Shown here piece after piece: positions 47,663 through 58,124 of a stretch of 64,000 nucleotides of DNA (its first letter is position 1; every line of letters begins with the position of its first letter). The translations under genes were made by a program, and so were the position numbers. Under the pieces are notes generated by a model. That model had not been told where the DNA came from. It did not search any database and saw only the letters and a program-made list of their open reading frames with translations. Source of the stretch: Synergistaceae bacterium UBA1358. Its GTDB lineage: Bacteria; Synergistota; Synergistia; Synergistales; Synergistaceae. The DNA is taken from the NCBI GenBank assembly GCA_002306075.1, contig DBRW01000030.1:8109-72108 (forward strand), read 5' to 3'.

Positions 47663-48901
47663 TTATACCAGTTCAAGGACTGAATGAAGGAGAACATTAC
47701 AGCCGTTCTCCAGGTCTTCGGCTTCGGTCCATTCTTCGGGACAGTGGCTCCTGCCGTCCTTCGAGGGCACGAATATCATCACTGTGGGACAGAATGGGGA
47801 TAGGAATTGTGCGTCATGCGATGCCCCGCTCACCATCCTCTTTGATGCGAGCCCGAGCCTGGCGGACACTCTCTCCGCGAGCTCGACCATCCCGGAGTCA
47901 AAAACCACTGCAGGGGCCTCCGCGACCTTCCTGAAATTATATTTCAGACCCCGTTTTTCCGCGCAGGCCGTGATAAGTCTTTCGATCTCCCCTTTGCCCT
48001 CCTCGAAAAGGCTCTTTTCAAACTGTCTGAAATCGAGGGTGAAGGAACATTTCCCGGGGATTATGTTGATGATGTCAGGTTTTGGGGAAATCTTTCCCAT
48101 AGTTGCAACGCTCCCGTTTCCTAGGCGCAGGGCAAGTTTCTCGGCTTCGGCCGCCAGTTCCGCGACCCCAAGGAGCGCGTCCTTCCTCATATCCATGGGA
48201 GTTGAACCGGCATGGTTCGACTCCCCGCAATATTCCCCAGCCCACCATGCAAGTCCCTGTATGCCCCTGACAACTCCTATCGGCAGGCCTTCGGCATACA
48301 GTCTCGGTCCCTGCTCGATGTGCAGTTCGATGTAGCGGCCCGCGCGAACGGTCCCGCTGCCCCTGTAGCCGATGCGGTCAAGCTCGTCAGCGGCTGTCAG
48401 GCCGTTTTCGTCCTTCGACGACAGAAGTTCCTCAAGGCCGACCGTACCGGTATAGAAGAGGCTTCCCATCATATCGGGCTGGAAACGCGCCCCCTCCTCA
48501 TTAGTAAAAGCCGCCAAAGCCAGGGGCTTTCTTGTCCTGACCTTGTTCTCGTTCAGTGTCCTTATCACTTCCAGGCCCCCAAAGACTCCATATACGCCGT
48601 CGAACATACCGGCATCCCTTACAGTGTCTATGTGGGAACCCACCATCACAGGAAGTTCCGAAGGGTCGGTCCCTTCCCTTACCCCGAAAATGTTGCCGAT
48701 CTGGTCGATCTTTACATCTAGGCCTTCCTCGTGCATCCACCTGCACAGAAGATCACGGCCCTTTTTGTCCGCATCGCTCAGTGCAAGTCTCGTACGTCCG
48801 CCGGTCTCGGGGTCGAAGCCGATCGATCCCATCTCTTTTATGGAACTGACGAGCCTTTCTCCGTTGATCCTCAGATCCGGCCTTCCTTTATCATCATTCA
48901 T
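47663..48901 (-). CDS. Zn-dependent M20 hydrolase (N-carbamoyl-L-amino-acid/allantoate amidohydrolase family)
   Basis: GSHIDTV..AG.FDG..G, NEEG.RF, ELHIEQG, NHAG.TPM..R.D, SGA.HDA. Confidence 0.88.
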   Translation of the reverse strand: MNDDKGRPDLRINGERLVSSIKEMGSIGFDPETGGRTRLALSDADKKGRDLLCRWMHEEGLDVKIDQIGNIFGVREGTDPSELPVMVGSHIDTVRDAGMFDGVYGVFGGLEVIRTLNENKVRTRKPLALAAFTNEEGARFQPDMMGSLFYTGTVGLEELLSSKDENGLTAADELDRIGYRGSGTVRAGRYIELHIEQGPRLYAEGLPIGVVRGIQGLAWWAGEYCGESNHAGSTPMDMRKDALLGVAELAAEAEKLALRLGNGSVATMGKISPKPDIINIIPGKCSFTLDFRQFEKSLFEEGKGEIERLITACAEKRGLKYNFRKVAEAPAVVFDSGMVELAERVSARLGLASKRMVSGASHDAQFLSPFCPTVMIFVPSKDGRSHCPEEWTEAEDLENGCNVLLHSVLELV

Positions 48902-48995
48902 TTTTAGTCCTCCCCGAACTTCATCTGTGTATAATTATGGCTTACAGGTATAAAATTGCAAATATCTATATGCCTATAATTGGGGAGGGCTTGAC

Positions 48996-49859
48996 CTGGA
49001 TATCATCGACGCGCATGTGCACATTTACCCGCCGGAGATCGAACGGGATCGGGATAAGATCTCTGAGAGGGAGCCTTGGTTCAAAGGCATGGTGAATTCA
49101 AAGGTTCACAGATGGGGGACCGCGGAATCACTCATAAGCCACATGGATCGGCATAATATCAGCTCGTCCTTCGTAACGGGCTTCGCTTTCCGGGATCAGG
49201 GCCTTTGCAGGATAATGAACGACTATGTGCTCGACGCGGCGTCGAGATACCGCGGCAGGATCGTACCTCTCGCTGTCGTCTCTCCATGTGCCAAAGGCGC
49301 TTCTGAGGAGATACTGCGCTGTGCCGAACTCGGCGCGGCAGGTGTCGGGGAGCTCTTTCCTGACGGACAGGAACTGGACATATCCGATGCCGGACAGACA
49401 TGGAGGATGGTCGGGACCTGCATGGAGGCGGGGATGTTCATAATGTTCCACACTGCGGAACAGGTCGGACATCAATATGTCGGGAAGGGACGCACCGGAG
49501 CGACAGAGGCCGCGGCTTTCTGCATGAACCACCCGCAGGCGAGGGTGGTATTCGCACACTTTGGCGGAGGCCTGTGGGCTTACGAATCCATGCCGGAGAT
49601 GAAGCTTGCCCTGTCGAACGCCTATTATGACACCGCGGCATGGCCATGGCTCTACGATCACCGGGTGATCGAAGGCATCTTCGCTTCGGGTGCGGGGAAT
49701 AAGATACTTTTCGGCACAGACTGGCCGATACTGGAATATCCGAGGTACGAGACGATCGTTGACCGAACCTCCCTTACCGAAGAACAGAGGTCTTTGCTGC
49801 TTAGCAAAAACGCGCAGGACCTTCTTGCAAGAACAAAGAAAAGTGCGGGTGACCTGTAG
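48996..49859 (+). CDS. Amidohydrolase_2 family metal-dependent hydrolase (probable CTG start)
   Basis: IIDAHVH metal motif begins upstream of the track's GTG; AHFGGG, FGTDWP; SD ggggaggg 6 nt before CTG. Confidence 0.82.
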   Translation: MDIIDAHVHIYPPEIERDRDKISEREPWFKGMVNSKVHRWGTAESLISHMDRHNISSSFVTGFAFRDQGLCRIMNDYVLDAASRYRGRIVPLAVVSPCAKGASEEILRCAELGAAGVGELFPDGQELDISDAGQTWRMVGTCMEAGMFIMFHTAEQVGHQYVGKGRTGATEAAAFCMNHPQARVVFAHFGGGLWAYESMPEMKLALSNAYYDTAAWPWLYDHRVIEGIFASGAGNKILFGTDWPILEYPRYETIVDRTSLTEEQRSLLLSKNAQDLLARTKKSAGDL

Positions 49860-49901
49860 ATCGGCCTCCCGCACTTTTTTACGTGTATCTTTACGATCCG
49901 T

Positions 49902-52034
49902 CTAGGCAGAGAGGGAGAGCAGCGAGCGGTAGTTCGGATATGCCATGTTCTCCGCGGACATGTATACTTCGACCGAATCAGCGATCTTTCTTATCTCAGC
50001 CATAAGCGGCACAGCCTCGTTGACCAGCGCATCAGCGTGTTCCCTGAGGCTCAGCTTGGACATCCTCTCCTTCATCTCCACAAGCTCTTTCGTTTTTTCC
50101 ATCAGGTCTATCTTTGCTTTGGCAAGCTTTGCTATGTGCTTCTTCCATGCATCGGCGCCCTCAAGCCCGCAGTCGCACACGGATGAGAACGAACTGCTCT
50201 CAAGGAGGATCTGCTTTGATATCGCAGGCAGTATGCCTTCCCAGATCATGTCACGGAGGACGGACATTTCGATCTCGATGCTCTTGACGAAGGACTCCAT
50301 CCTTATCACATAGAAGGACTCCATCTCTTTTTTCTTGAAGATGCCCAGTTCCTCAAGCATCGTCAGGGTCTTGGGCTCCATGAAAAGATCGATGCCTTCA
50401 GGGATCGTCTTTGCTTTCACTATGCCCCTGCGCTCAGCCTCGGCATGCCATTCGGCTGAGTATGCATCCCCTTCGAACCGGATCTTCCTGCTCATAACGG
50501 ATACCTCGCGGATGGTACAGAGAGCCGCTTCTATGGCATCTTCACCCTTGTTGATGCGTTCCTCGAATATACTGATGAATTTTTCCAGACCCGCGGCCCA
50601 TACAGAGAATATCGCCGTCACAGGAAGCGCGATCGCCTGCGAGGCACCGGGCGCGCGGAATTCGAACTTGTTCCCCGTGAAGGCGACAGGGCTGGTCCTG
50701 TTCCTGTCGCTGTCGAATGCGATTATCTCCGGGAGTTTTGAGAGACCCAAGTCCACCGTGTTTTTTGCCGGCATGTCGCTGCCGCAGTTGCCGTCTTCTA
50801 TCTCACGGATTATCTTGTCTATCGCTCCTCCCAGATATACGCTGATGATGCTCGGGGGAGCCTCATGGCCTCCCAGCCTGTACATGTTGCCCGGTGTCGA
50901 TACGGAGGCCTGGAGCAGGCCCGAGTATTCAGCAACCCCAAGAACGAAGGAAGAGAGGAAAGATAAGAATATAATGTTCTTCCTCTGATTCGAAGAGGGC
51001 TTGAGCAGGTTTCTTCCCTCGCTGTCCTGGAGCGAGAAGTTGACGTGCTTGCCGCTTCCGTTCATATCCATGAAAGGCTTTTCGTGGAAGAGGAGACGAA
51101 GTTCATGCTGACGGGCCATCTTCCTCATCGTCTCCATGATAAGCTGGTTCTGGTCACAGGCAAGGTTCGCCTCCGCAAAATTGGGGGCAAATTCAAACTG
51201 GCACCTTGCCACCTCGTTGTGCCTGGTTGCCAGACCTACGCCGAGCCTCGCGAGGTCCCTCTGCACATCTTCCATGTAGGCAAGGACCCTTGTCGGGATC
51301 GAGCCGAAGTAATGGTCCTCCATCTTCTGGTCCTTTGGGGGCGGGGATCCCAGAAGGGTCCTGCCGCAGAAGCGGATATCCGTCCTCTTCTGCGCACGGG
51401 GCCTGTCGAGCAGGAAAAATTCTTGTTCTCCGCCGACTGTGGCTCGCACATACCTGACGCCCCTGTTTCCGAACAGCTTGAGCATCTTGAGAGCGCGGCT
51501 CTCGACCGCTTCCACCGAACGGAGGAGGTAGGTCTTGAGGTCCAGCGGTGTTCCGTCGTATGCGAGGAAGACCGAAGGTATGCAGAGAGTACCGCCCTTG
51601 GGACTTTTGATTATGAATGCCGGGCTCGTGGGATCCCATGCGCTGTAACCCCTGGCTTCGAACGTGCTCCTGGTCCCGCCTGAAGGGAATGAGGAAGCAT
51701 CCGGCTCGCTCTGCATCAGGTCCTGGCCCCTGAATGATTCAAGGGGGAAACCGTTCTCGTCTGCCATCACGAATGCGGTGTGCTTTTCCGCGGTAAGTTC
51801 AGTCAGAGGATGGAACCAGTGTGCCCAGTGACTTGCCCCGTTGCTCACGGCCCAGTCCTTCATTGCCAGGGCCACAGTATCAGCTATGCCTGAATCAAGC
51901 TTCTGACGGCCTTCGATGGCACCCACCAGGCTTTCGTATACGTCCCTGGGAAGACGCTGCTTCATGGCCTTCTGGTCGAAGACGAGCGATCCGTAAATAT
52001 CTCTCATTTTGGGAAATTCTTTTGCCTCCTGCAT
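49902..52034 (-). CDS. glnA: Glutamine synthetase type III
   Basis: HWFHPLT..TAEKH, EPDASSFPSGG.R.TFEARGY.AWD, HEKPF...NGSGKH, DRNRTSP.AFTGNKFEFR. Confidence 0.95.
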   Translation of the reverse strand: MQEAKEFPKMRDIYGSLVFDQKAMKQRLPRDVYESLVGAIEGRQKLDSGIADTVALAMKDWAVSNGASHWAHWFHPLTELTAEKHTAFVMADENGFPLESFRGQDLMQSEPDASSFPSGGTRSTFEARGYSAWDPTSPAFIIKSPKGGTLCIPSVFLAYDGTPLDLKTYLLRSVEAVESRALKMLKLFGNRGVRYVRATVGGEQEFFLLDRPRAQKRTDIRFCGRTLLGSPPPKDQKMEDHYFGSIPTRVLAYMEDVQRDLARLGVGLATRHNEVARCQFEFAPNFAEANLACDQNQLIMETMRKMARQHELRLLFHEKPFMDMNGSGKHVNFSLQDSEGRNLLKPSSNQRKNIIFLSFLSSFVLGVAEYSGLLQASVSTPGNMYRLGGHEAPPSIISVYLGGAIDKIIREIEDGNCGSDMPAKNTVDLGLSKLPEIIAFDSDRNRTSPVAFTGNKFEFRAPGASQAIALPVTAIFSVWAAGLEKFISIFEERINKGEDAIEAALCTIREVSVMSRKIRFEGDAYSAEWHAEAERRGIVKAKTIPEGIDLFMEPKTLTMLEELGIFKKKEMESFYVIRMESFVKSIEIEMSVLRDMIWEGILPAISKQILLESSSFSSVCDCGLEGADAWKKHIAKLAKAKIDLMEKTKELVEMKERMSKLSLREHADALVNEAVPLMAEIRKIADSVEVYMSAENMAYPNYRSLLSLSA

Positions 52035-52432
52035 CCGACACACCTCCAAAATATTGGATGAATGAAAAAATCACTGTTGCGTTATATCATTTTTTAAGCA
52101 ACTTTGCAAGCGTATTTTCGTGCTTAAGCTCTCATTATAATTTACAAAAACTATAAATTTTATATTTTATGCATAGTCAGATGGGTTATTAGGAAAATTC
52201 CTGCGTTCATCGTCAAAAAAGGAGATGGTATTTTTTATCAGAAAAGTGTATAAAAGACTGGTGTTTGAATTAAAACACATACTGGTCAAAATGTTGGATC
52301 CTCAGACATCGCCTTATAATTTCCGGTCAAGAAGTATCTGATTTTTCTAACAAAAGGTGTTTTAAGGTTATATTTTTATTTATAAAAGTACATTCTGACA
52401 GGGAGATCGAAAATCATCGGAGGTGTTTGGTA

Positions 52433-53488
52433 ATGAAGTTGATAACGGTTCTTGCATGCGGACTTTTTGCCTTTTCATGTGTCGTGGCTCCCAAAGCCGA
52501 AGCGTGCTCACGTGTCGTCTACCACGGCCCCGGGAATACGATCCTTACGGGAAGGACCATGGACTGGAAGGATCTGGACATGAAGACCAAACTGTGGATC
52601 TTCCCCAAGGGCATGGAACGGGACGGAAGATTCAGCAGCGCGCCTTTCAAGTGGAAATCGAAGTACGGCAGTGTGATCGTTTCGGTATACGATGCCGCCG
52701 CTTCAGAGGGGATGAATGAGAAAGGGCTGGTCGCCAATATCCTCTGGCTCGCCGAATCCGAGTATCCCGATCCGTCATCGGGAAAACCTCTCATGAGCCT
52801 TGCCGCATGGGCTCAGTATGTCCTTGACAGTTTCGCAACAGTTGATGAGGCGGTAAGGGTGCTGGCCAGGGAAGAATTCTCGGTCATCACCGGTGAAATG
52901 CCCGGGGTCGGCGGACTGGCAGCCTGTCATCTGGCTATTTCAGACCCGACCGGCGACAGCGCCATCTTTGAATACGTCGGCGGCAAACTTCTTATACATC
53001 ATGGCAGGGAATATACCGTTATGACGAACTCACCCATCTATGATCAACAGCTCGCACTGAACTCCTACTGGAAAGAGATCGGCGGACTGTCTATGCTGCC
53101 CGGGACCAACCGCTCTGCCGACCGTTTCGTCCGCGCCTCTTTCTACCTGAACGCGATCCCTAAGACGGCGAACATACAAATGGCCGTGGCAGGCACCTTC
53201 AGCGTAATAAGGAATGTTTCAGTCCCCCTGGGCATCACCACGCCTGATCATCCGAACATCTCTTCCACCCTGTGGCGCACGGTCTCTGACCAGAAGAACC
53301 GTGTACTCTATTTCGAGTCGGCCCTGGAGCCCAGTTTGTTCTGGGTCGACATGAGGAATGCGGACTTCTCTAAGGGAGCCCCGGTCAAGGTCCTTGTGAT
53401 CCAAAACGGGCGTTTTTTTGCAGGGGATGCCTCATCGTACTTCGAACCGGCAAAGCCATTCGAATTCCTGGGAGAGGACCAGCTCTAG
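52433..53488 (+). CDS. Exported linear amide C-N hydrolase (penicillin V acylase/choloylglycine hydrolase family)
   Basis: Signal peptide ending AEA followed by nucleophile C-SR; GRTMDW, GMNEKGL, TNSP, S.DRFVRA. Confidence 0.9.
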   Translation: MKLITVLACGLFAFSCVVAPKAEACSRVVYHGPGNTILTGRTMDWKDLDMKTKLWIFPKGMERDGRFSSAPFKWKSKYGSVIVSVYDAAASEGMNEKGLVANILWLAESEYPDPSSGKPLMSLAAWAQYVLDSFATVDEAVRVLAREEFSVITGEMPGVGGLAACHLAISDPTGDSAIFEYVGGKLLIHHGREYTVMTNSPIYDQQLALNSYWKEIGGLSMLPGTNRSADRFVRASFYLNAIPKTANIQMAVAGTFSVIRNVSVPLGITTPDHPNISSTLWRTVSDQKNRVLYFESALEPSLFWVDMRNADFSKGAPVKVLVIQNGRFFAGDASSYFEPAKPFEFLGEDQL

Positions 53489-53667
53489 GATAATAACAAG
53501 ATAAAAAAGACTCTGTCGAAAGGAGTCCTTTTTGTGTTTTTGTAACTCACGGTTACAATTATGCAAAGAGGGACTTCTTTTATTTTTTGTACTTTCAGCA
53601 CAACGATTTTCACATGTGATACAGCTGAAACAGCTGTATTACTGATGAAAGAAAGGGGGAGGATCAG

Positions 53668-54198
53668 ATGAAAGAGATGAATTCAAGGATAACTGTAGTC
53701 AAAGGCGACATCACTAAAGAAAAGACAGATGCAATAGTCAACGCGGCGAACAGTTCCCTGCTCGGAGGCGGAGGGGTGGACGGAGCCATACACAGGGCAG
53801 CGGGGCCCGATCTTCTGACCGAGTGCTCGGGACTCGACGGCTGTCCGCCCGGAGAGGCAAAGACGACCAAAGGTTACAGGCTGCCGGCAAAATTCGTCAT
53901 CCATACCGTAGGTCCCATATGGCGCGGCGGAAATTCCGGCGAGGAGAAAACGCTCGAGAATGCCTACAGGAACAGCCTGGCTGAGGCCGTGCGCATCGGG
54001 GCAAAAAGTGTCGCATTCCCGGCCATCTCAACGGGAGTCTACCGCTTCCCGCCGGATCTTGCCGCCGATATAGCAGTCAGGACGATCATCTCGTTCCTCA
54101 GGGAACACGATGAGATCGAGGAGGTCAGGCTGGTCTGCTTCTCAGACGAATCTGCCGAACACCACAGACGAGCCCTGGACAAACATTTATTGGAATAA
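53668..54198 (+). CDS. ymdB: Macro-domain O-acetyl-ADP-ribose deacetylase (YmdB-like)
   Basis: GDIT..DAIVNAANSSLLGGGGVDGAIHRAAG, HTVGP, FPAISTG.Y. Confidence 0.9.
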   Translation: MKEMNSRITVVKGDITKEKTDAIVNAANSSLLGGGGVDGAIHRAAGPDLLTECSGLDGCPPGEAKTTKGYRLPAKFVIHTVGPIWRGGNSGEEKTLENAYRNSLAEAVRIGAKSVAFPAISTGVYRFPPDLAADIAVRTIISFLREHDEIEEVRLVCFSDESAEHHRRALDKHLLE

Positions 54199-54268
54199 TT
54201 TATCTTCGTGGATCGATTATTACTATATAATAACCCGTGTTCGCAGATCATCCGGGGGGTAGCAGAAA

Positions 54269-56209
54269 CTGATCGAGATAAAGGAACTGCAGGTAAATTT
54301 CAAGGATAATACGGTATTGGACAGGATAAGCTGGTCAATAACCCCAAGAAGCAGGGTCGGACTCGTAGGAGACAACGGAGCCGGAAAGACGACGCTGCTC
54401 AGGGTCATTGCAGGCGAGGCGGAATACGACGGCGGAAGCGTCACCATGCCCAAGGACCATAAGATCGGTTACCTGCCGCAGGATCTGGTAGAGATCGATG
54501 AGATGCCCCTCCTCGGCTACCTTAAAAGGAGGGCCGGGCTGGAGGTGCTTGCCCGTAAACTGTCAGATGTCGAGCATGAAATGGCCACGCTTGAAGAGGG
54601 CTCACAGGAACTGAGGTCCCTGCTTTCCGAGCACGAACGCCTGCAGAGAGAGTTTGAGGCAAGGGGCGGTTTCGGTTTCGACATCGAGGCGAAGCAGGTC
54701 CTCAAAGGCCTCGGTTTCCGTCCGGAAGAGGACGCGGAAAGGATGACATCTGAATTTTCCGGCGGCTGGAAGATGAGGATCGCGCTTGCGACATTGCTTC
54801 TTTCGAGGCCGGACATACTCCTTTTAGACGAGCCTACGAACCATCTTGACACAGAGAGCATGGAGTGGCTTGAGGGCTGGCTGAAAGACTTCAGAGGCAC
54901 CATACTGGCCGTCTCCCACGACAGGAGGTTCCTGGACAAGATCGTGACATCCGTCGCCGAGCTCTTTGCGGGCAGGATCAACCTCTATGCCTGCGGATAC
55001 GAAAAGTATCTGCGGGAGCGCGAAGAGCGCAGGGAAAGGCTCGAAGCGGAGTGGGAACAGCAGAGGGAAAAGATAGAGAACATCCAGCGCTTCATTGAGA
55101 GGTTCAGATATAAGGCAACAAAGGCCGCGCAGGTCCAAAGCAGGATCAGGCAGCTCGAAAAAATGGAGATCATCGATCTCGGAAACACATCCAAGAACGT
55201 CAATTTCAAGTTCCCGGAGGCTCCGAGAAGCGGACTTGAGGTCCTGAAATGCTCCGGTCTGGGCAAAAAATACGGAGAGAAGAGGATCTTTGAGGGAATC
55301 AGCTTCACCCTTCAGAGGGGAGAGAGGGTCGCCCTCGTAGGGGTCAACGGGGCCGGGAAATCCACCCTTCTCCGTCTTCTCAACAAGTCCGAGGAACCTT
55401 CCGAGGGGACTGTGACCTACGGCCTCAACGTAAAGAAGGCATATTTTTCGCAGGAGAGCGCACAGAACCTGGACTATACCAGGACGATATGGCAGGAGGT
55501 AAACAACACCGGGTCCAAGATGCTCGAAGTGGAAAAGCGGAATCTTCTCGGGGCATTCCTTTTTTCCGGTGAAGACATACATAAGCCCATACCGGTACTC
55601 TCCGGAGGAGAAAAATCCCGGGTGGGGCTGCTGAAAATACTGCTCTCGGAATCGAACCTGCTGATCCTTGACGAACCGACCAATCACCTCGACCAGGCCA
55701 CGAGGGAGCTCTTCCAGAGAGCCCTGCTCGAGTACGGCGGAACGATAATAATAGTCTCGCACGACAGGACATTCCTGGATGATTTTGTGGAGAGGGTCCT
55801 TGAGATAAGGGACGGACAGCTCTTCGACTATCCGGGCAACTACTCCTGGTTCATAGAGAAGAGGGCGGAACAGCTTTCCTCCGGCAGCAATGAGAGATCG
55901 GCAGACAAACCTGACGATCCTCCGACAGAGAGGTCGAAGGAACAAAAGCGGCTCGAAGCCGAGGAACGCAACAGGATCTACAGGGCACGGAAAAAAATAG
56001 AGGAAAAGCTCTCCCCCGTCGAAAAGACGATCGAAAGGGACGAAAAGCGTAAAGAGGAGATATCGGGACTCCTGTGCGACCCGGAGGTCCTCGGTGATTC
56101 AGACAAAGTCAAGTCGCTGATGATCGAGCTGAAAGATACGGAAAAGCGCCTGAAGGACAACTATCAGGCATGGGAAGTGCTCGCCGCAGAACTTGAGTCT
56201 ATAAAATAA
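54269..56209 (+). CDS. ABC-F family ATPase (probable CTG start)
   Basis: Two ABC domains (GDNGAGKT and GVNGAGKS), FSGGWKMR, DEPTNHLD twice, PtIM linker; N-terminus IEIKELQVNF lies upstream of the track's TTG. Confidence 0.9.
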   Translation: MIEIKELQVNFKDNTVLDRISWSITPRSRVGLVGDNGAGKTTLLRVIAGEAEYDGGSVTMPKDHKIGYLPQDLVEIDEMPLLGYLKRRAGLEVLARKLSDVEHEMATLEEGSQELRSLLSEHERLQREFEARGGFGFDIEAKQVLKGLGFRPEEDAERMTSEFSGGWKMRIALATLLLSRPDILLLDEPTNHLDTESMEWLEGWLKDFRGTILAVSHDRRFLDKIVTSVAELFAGRINLYACGYEKYLREREERRERLEAEWEQQREKIENIQRFIERFRYKATKAAQVQSRIRQLEKMEIIDLGNTSKNVNFKFPEAPRSGLEVLKCSGLGKKYGEKRIFEGISFTLQRGERVALVGVNGAGKSTLLRLLNKSEEPSEGTVTYGLNVKKAYFSQESAQNLDYTRTIWQEVNNTGSKMLEVEKRNLLGAFLFSGEDIHKPIPVLSGGEKSRVGLLKILLSESNLLILDEPTNHLDQATRELFQRALLEYGGTIIIVSHDRTFLDDFVERVLEIRDGQLFDYPGNYSWFIEKRAEQLSSGSNERSADKPDDPPTERSKEQKRLEAEERNRIYRARKKIEEKLSPVEKTIERDEKRKEEISGLLCDPEVLGDSDKVKSLMIELKDTEKRLKDNYQAWEVLAAELESIK

Positions 56210-56233
56210 ATTTCATTGCCGGAGGCCGGACAG

Positions 56234-56686
56234 ATGATCTATGACAGTATTGATAATTACATTAAATACGCTCCGAAGGTCCTTCCCGGATCCGCAGAAC
56301 TTATCCGTTTTCTCGAAGCCGCAGCCTCGCGTACCTATGACGAAATAAAGGAGATGGACTTCGGCGGCCTTGACCTCAGATTCGGGGAATACGCGACAAA
56401 GCCCGAAGAGGAGGTCCCCTTTGAGGCACACAGGATCTTCTGGGATCTCCAGATCGTTTTTGACGGAGAAGAGCTCATCGGCTATGCGCCGCTTGGATCG
56501 CTGGCAATAGTCTCTGAATATGACAGTACGAACGACATCGCATTCTACTCCGGCAAAGGCCAGATGCTGAAACTTGAAAGGGGAATGATGATGCTCCTCT
56601 CCCCGTCAGACGGACATCGGCCCGGGGTCAGGATCGGGGCGGCTCCTTCGCACATACGAAAGATAGTCGTAAAGCTTCCCTGGTAA
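56234..56686 (+). CDS. YhcH/YjgK/YiaL family protein
   Basis: FEAHR...D.Q....G.E, YD...DI.FY, D.H.P, RK.V.K. Confidence 0.85.
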   Translation: MIYDSIDNYIKYAPKVLPGSAELIRFLEAAASRTYDEIKEMDFGGLDLRFGEYATKPEEEVPFEAHRIFWDLQIVFDGEELIGYAPLGSLAIVSEYDSTNDIAFYSGKGQMLKLERGMMMLLSPSDGHRPGVRIGAAPSHIRKIVVKLPW

Positions 56687-56691
56687 AAAAT

Positions 56692-56724
56692 AGGACGGGA
56701 GCTTCGGTTCCCGTCCCGTTTTCT
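56692..56724. terminator. Terminator between convergent genes
   Basis: ggacgggagc-ttcg-gttcccgtcc followed by a T-rich tail. Confidence 0.7.
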
Positions 56725-56782
56725 TAATATCTCCTGCATTGCGGCCGGCGTCAAAAAAACCGCCGCTCCCTACAGACCGTAC

Positions 56783-57943
56783 CTAATATTTGCCTGCCAG
56801 GCCCCGCTGCATTACGGCCAGAGCGGCACCGGGTTCAACATCCAGCCCGCATGAAATGGCCGCTCTCTCTATCGCTGCCACTCCGGATATGAGCATGTGT
56901 TTGTCAAGGTTGCCCATATGTCCCATCCTGAAGCCCTTCCCGGCATAATCGCCCAGGCATGCAGCCACGAGAGATCCCTCCGCGGCGCAGACGGCACGAA
57001 AAGCGGCATCGTCGACCGGCATATTTTCGGGATAGAGGAATATTGAAAGGGTCGGAGAGCGGTAGCCCTCCTTCGCAAGGATCCTGAATCCTATCGCCGA
57101 CATCGCTTCCGCTATCAGGCGCGCATGCTCCCTGTGACGCCGGTATCTCTCTTCAAGCCCTTCCTCAAGCATGATCCTGACCGACTCTTTGAGAGCCGAG
57201 ATGTTGTTGACGGCGGGTGTCCCCCAATACTTACGAGTATCTGTCATCACGGGGATCCAGCGCGCATAGTCGATATAGGACTCCCTTATCGACCCCATTT
57301 CCTCGCGTTTTTTCAGCGCCCTGCTTCCGGTCCAGGTCACCGACATCCCGGGGACACAGCAGAAAGCCTTCTGTGTGCAGGTAAAGTAAACATCGATCCC
57401 CCAGGACATGTCCACCTCGACCCCGCCGCCTGCGGCGACTCCGTCTACGACAAAGAGCACCTCCGGATGCTTCTCTTTCATCATGGCAGCCATCTCTTTA
57501 AGAGGAAGTTCAACTCCCGTGGATGTCTCGACATGGGTGACGACTGCGACGGTGTATTTTCCCTCAGAGAGCTTCCTGTCCACTTCCTCCGGAGTGACAG
57601 ACATGCCCCACTCTGCCTCAAGGGTCGTCATGTCAAGTCCTCTGTTTTTGCATATAGAAATGTAGCGGTCTCCGAAATGCCCGTTTGAACAGACGAGTAC
57701 CTTGTCCTTCTCATTTGCGATATTCGCGATCGCCATTTCCATAGCCATAGTTCCGGAACCTGCGACAAGGAAGGCGATCCCGTCGCAGTTCATTATCGAT
57801 CTCAGCTCTGCCAGAAGCTGCTGGAACTCCGCAATAAACTCCGGGTCCGTATGCGCCTTGACCTCGCTTCCCAGTTTGCTCAGCACGCTTTGCGATACAG
57901 GTACCGGGCCCGGGATCATTACCAGTCTCTTTGTCGGAATCAC
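56783..57943 (-). CDS. Class V PLP aminotransferase (alanine-glyoxylate/serine-pyruvate family)
   Basis: MIPGP, GSGT.AME, HVETSTGV, VDGVA, TQK, FRMGHMG. Confidence 0.9.
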   Translation of the reverse strand: MIPTKRLVMIPGPVPVSQSVLSKLGSEVKAHTDPEFIAEFQQLLAELRSIMNCDGIAFLVAGSGTMAMEMAIANIANEKDKVLVCSNGHFGDRYISICKNRGLDMTTLEAEWGMSVTPEEVDRKLSEGKYTVAVVTHVETSTGVELPLKEMAAMMKEKHPEVLFVVDGVAAGGGVEVDMSWGIDVYFTCTQKAFCCVPGMSVTWTGSRALKKREEMGSIRESYIDYARWIPVMTDTRKYWGTPAVNNISALKESVRIMLEEGLEERYRRHREHARLIAEAMSAIGFRILAKEGYRSPTLSIFLYPENMPVDDAAFRAVCAAEGSLVAACLGDYAGKGFRMGHMGNLDKHMLISGVAAIERAAISCGLDVEPGAALAVMQRGLAGKY

Positions 57944-58124
57944 TACTATGACCTCCTGTCAGAATTCCTTGATCCTCAATATCAAGAATTATTAGAGTAT
58001 TATATGATATCCGTACGATGATTGCATAATGACGTATACTCACAATGACAGTTATTGTTTTTTTTTCTGTTAAATACTCCTGCCTTGAAGACCTTCGTTA
58101 GTAAGAGGAAAGGGCGTAGAAAAA

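Noticed and set aside
52066-52082. Possible extra Fur-family site upstream of glnA (minus strand ACGCAAC-AGT-GATTTTT)
   Set aside because: Only one half-site matches, so it was not counted in the regulon.
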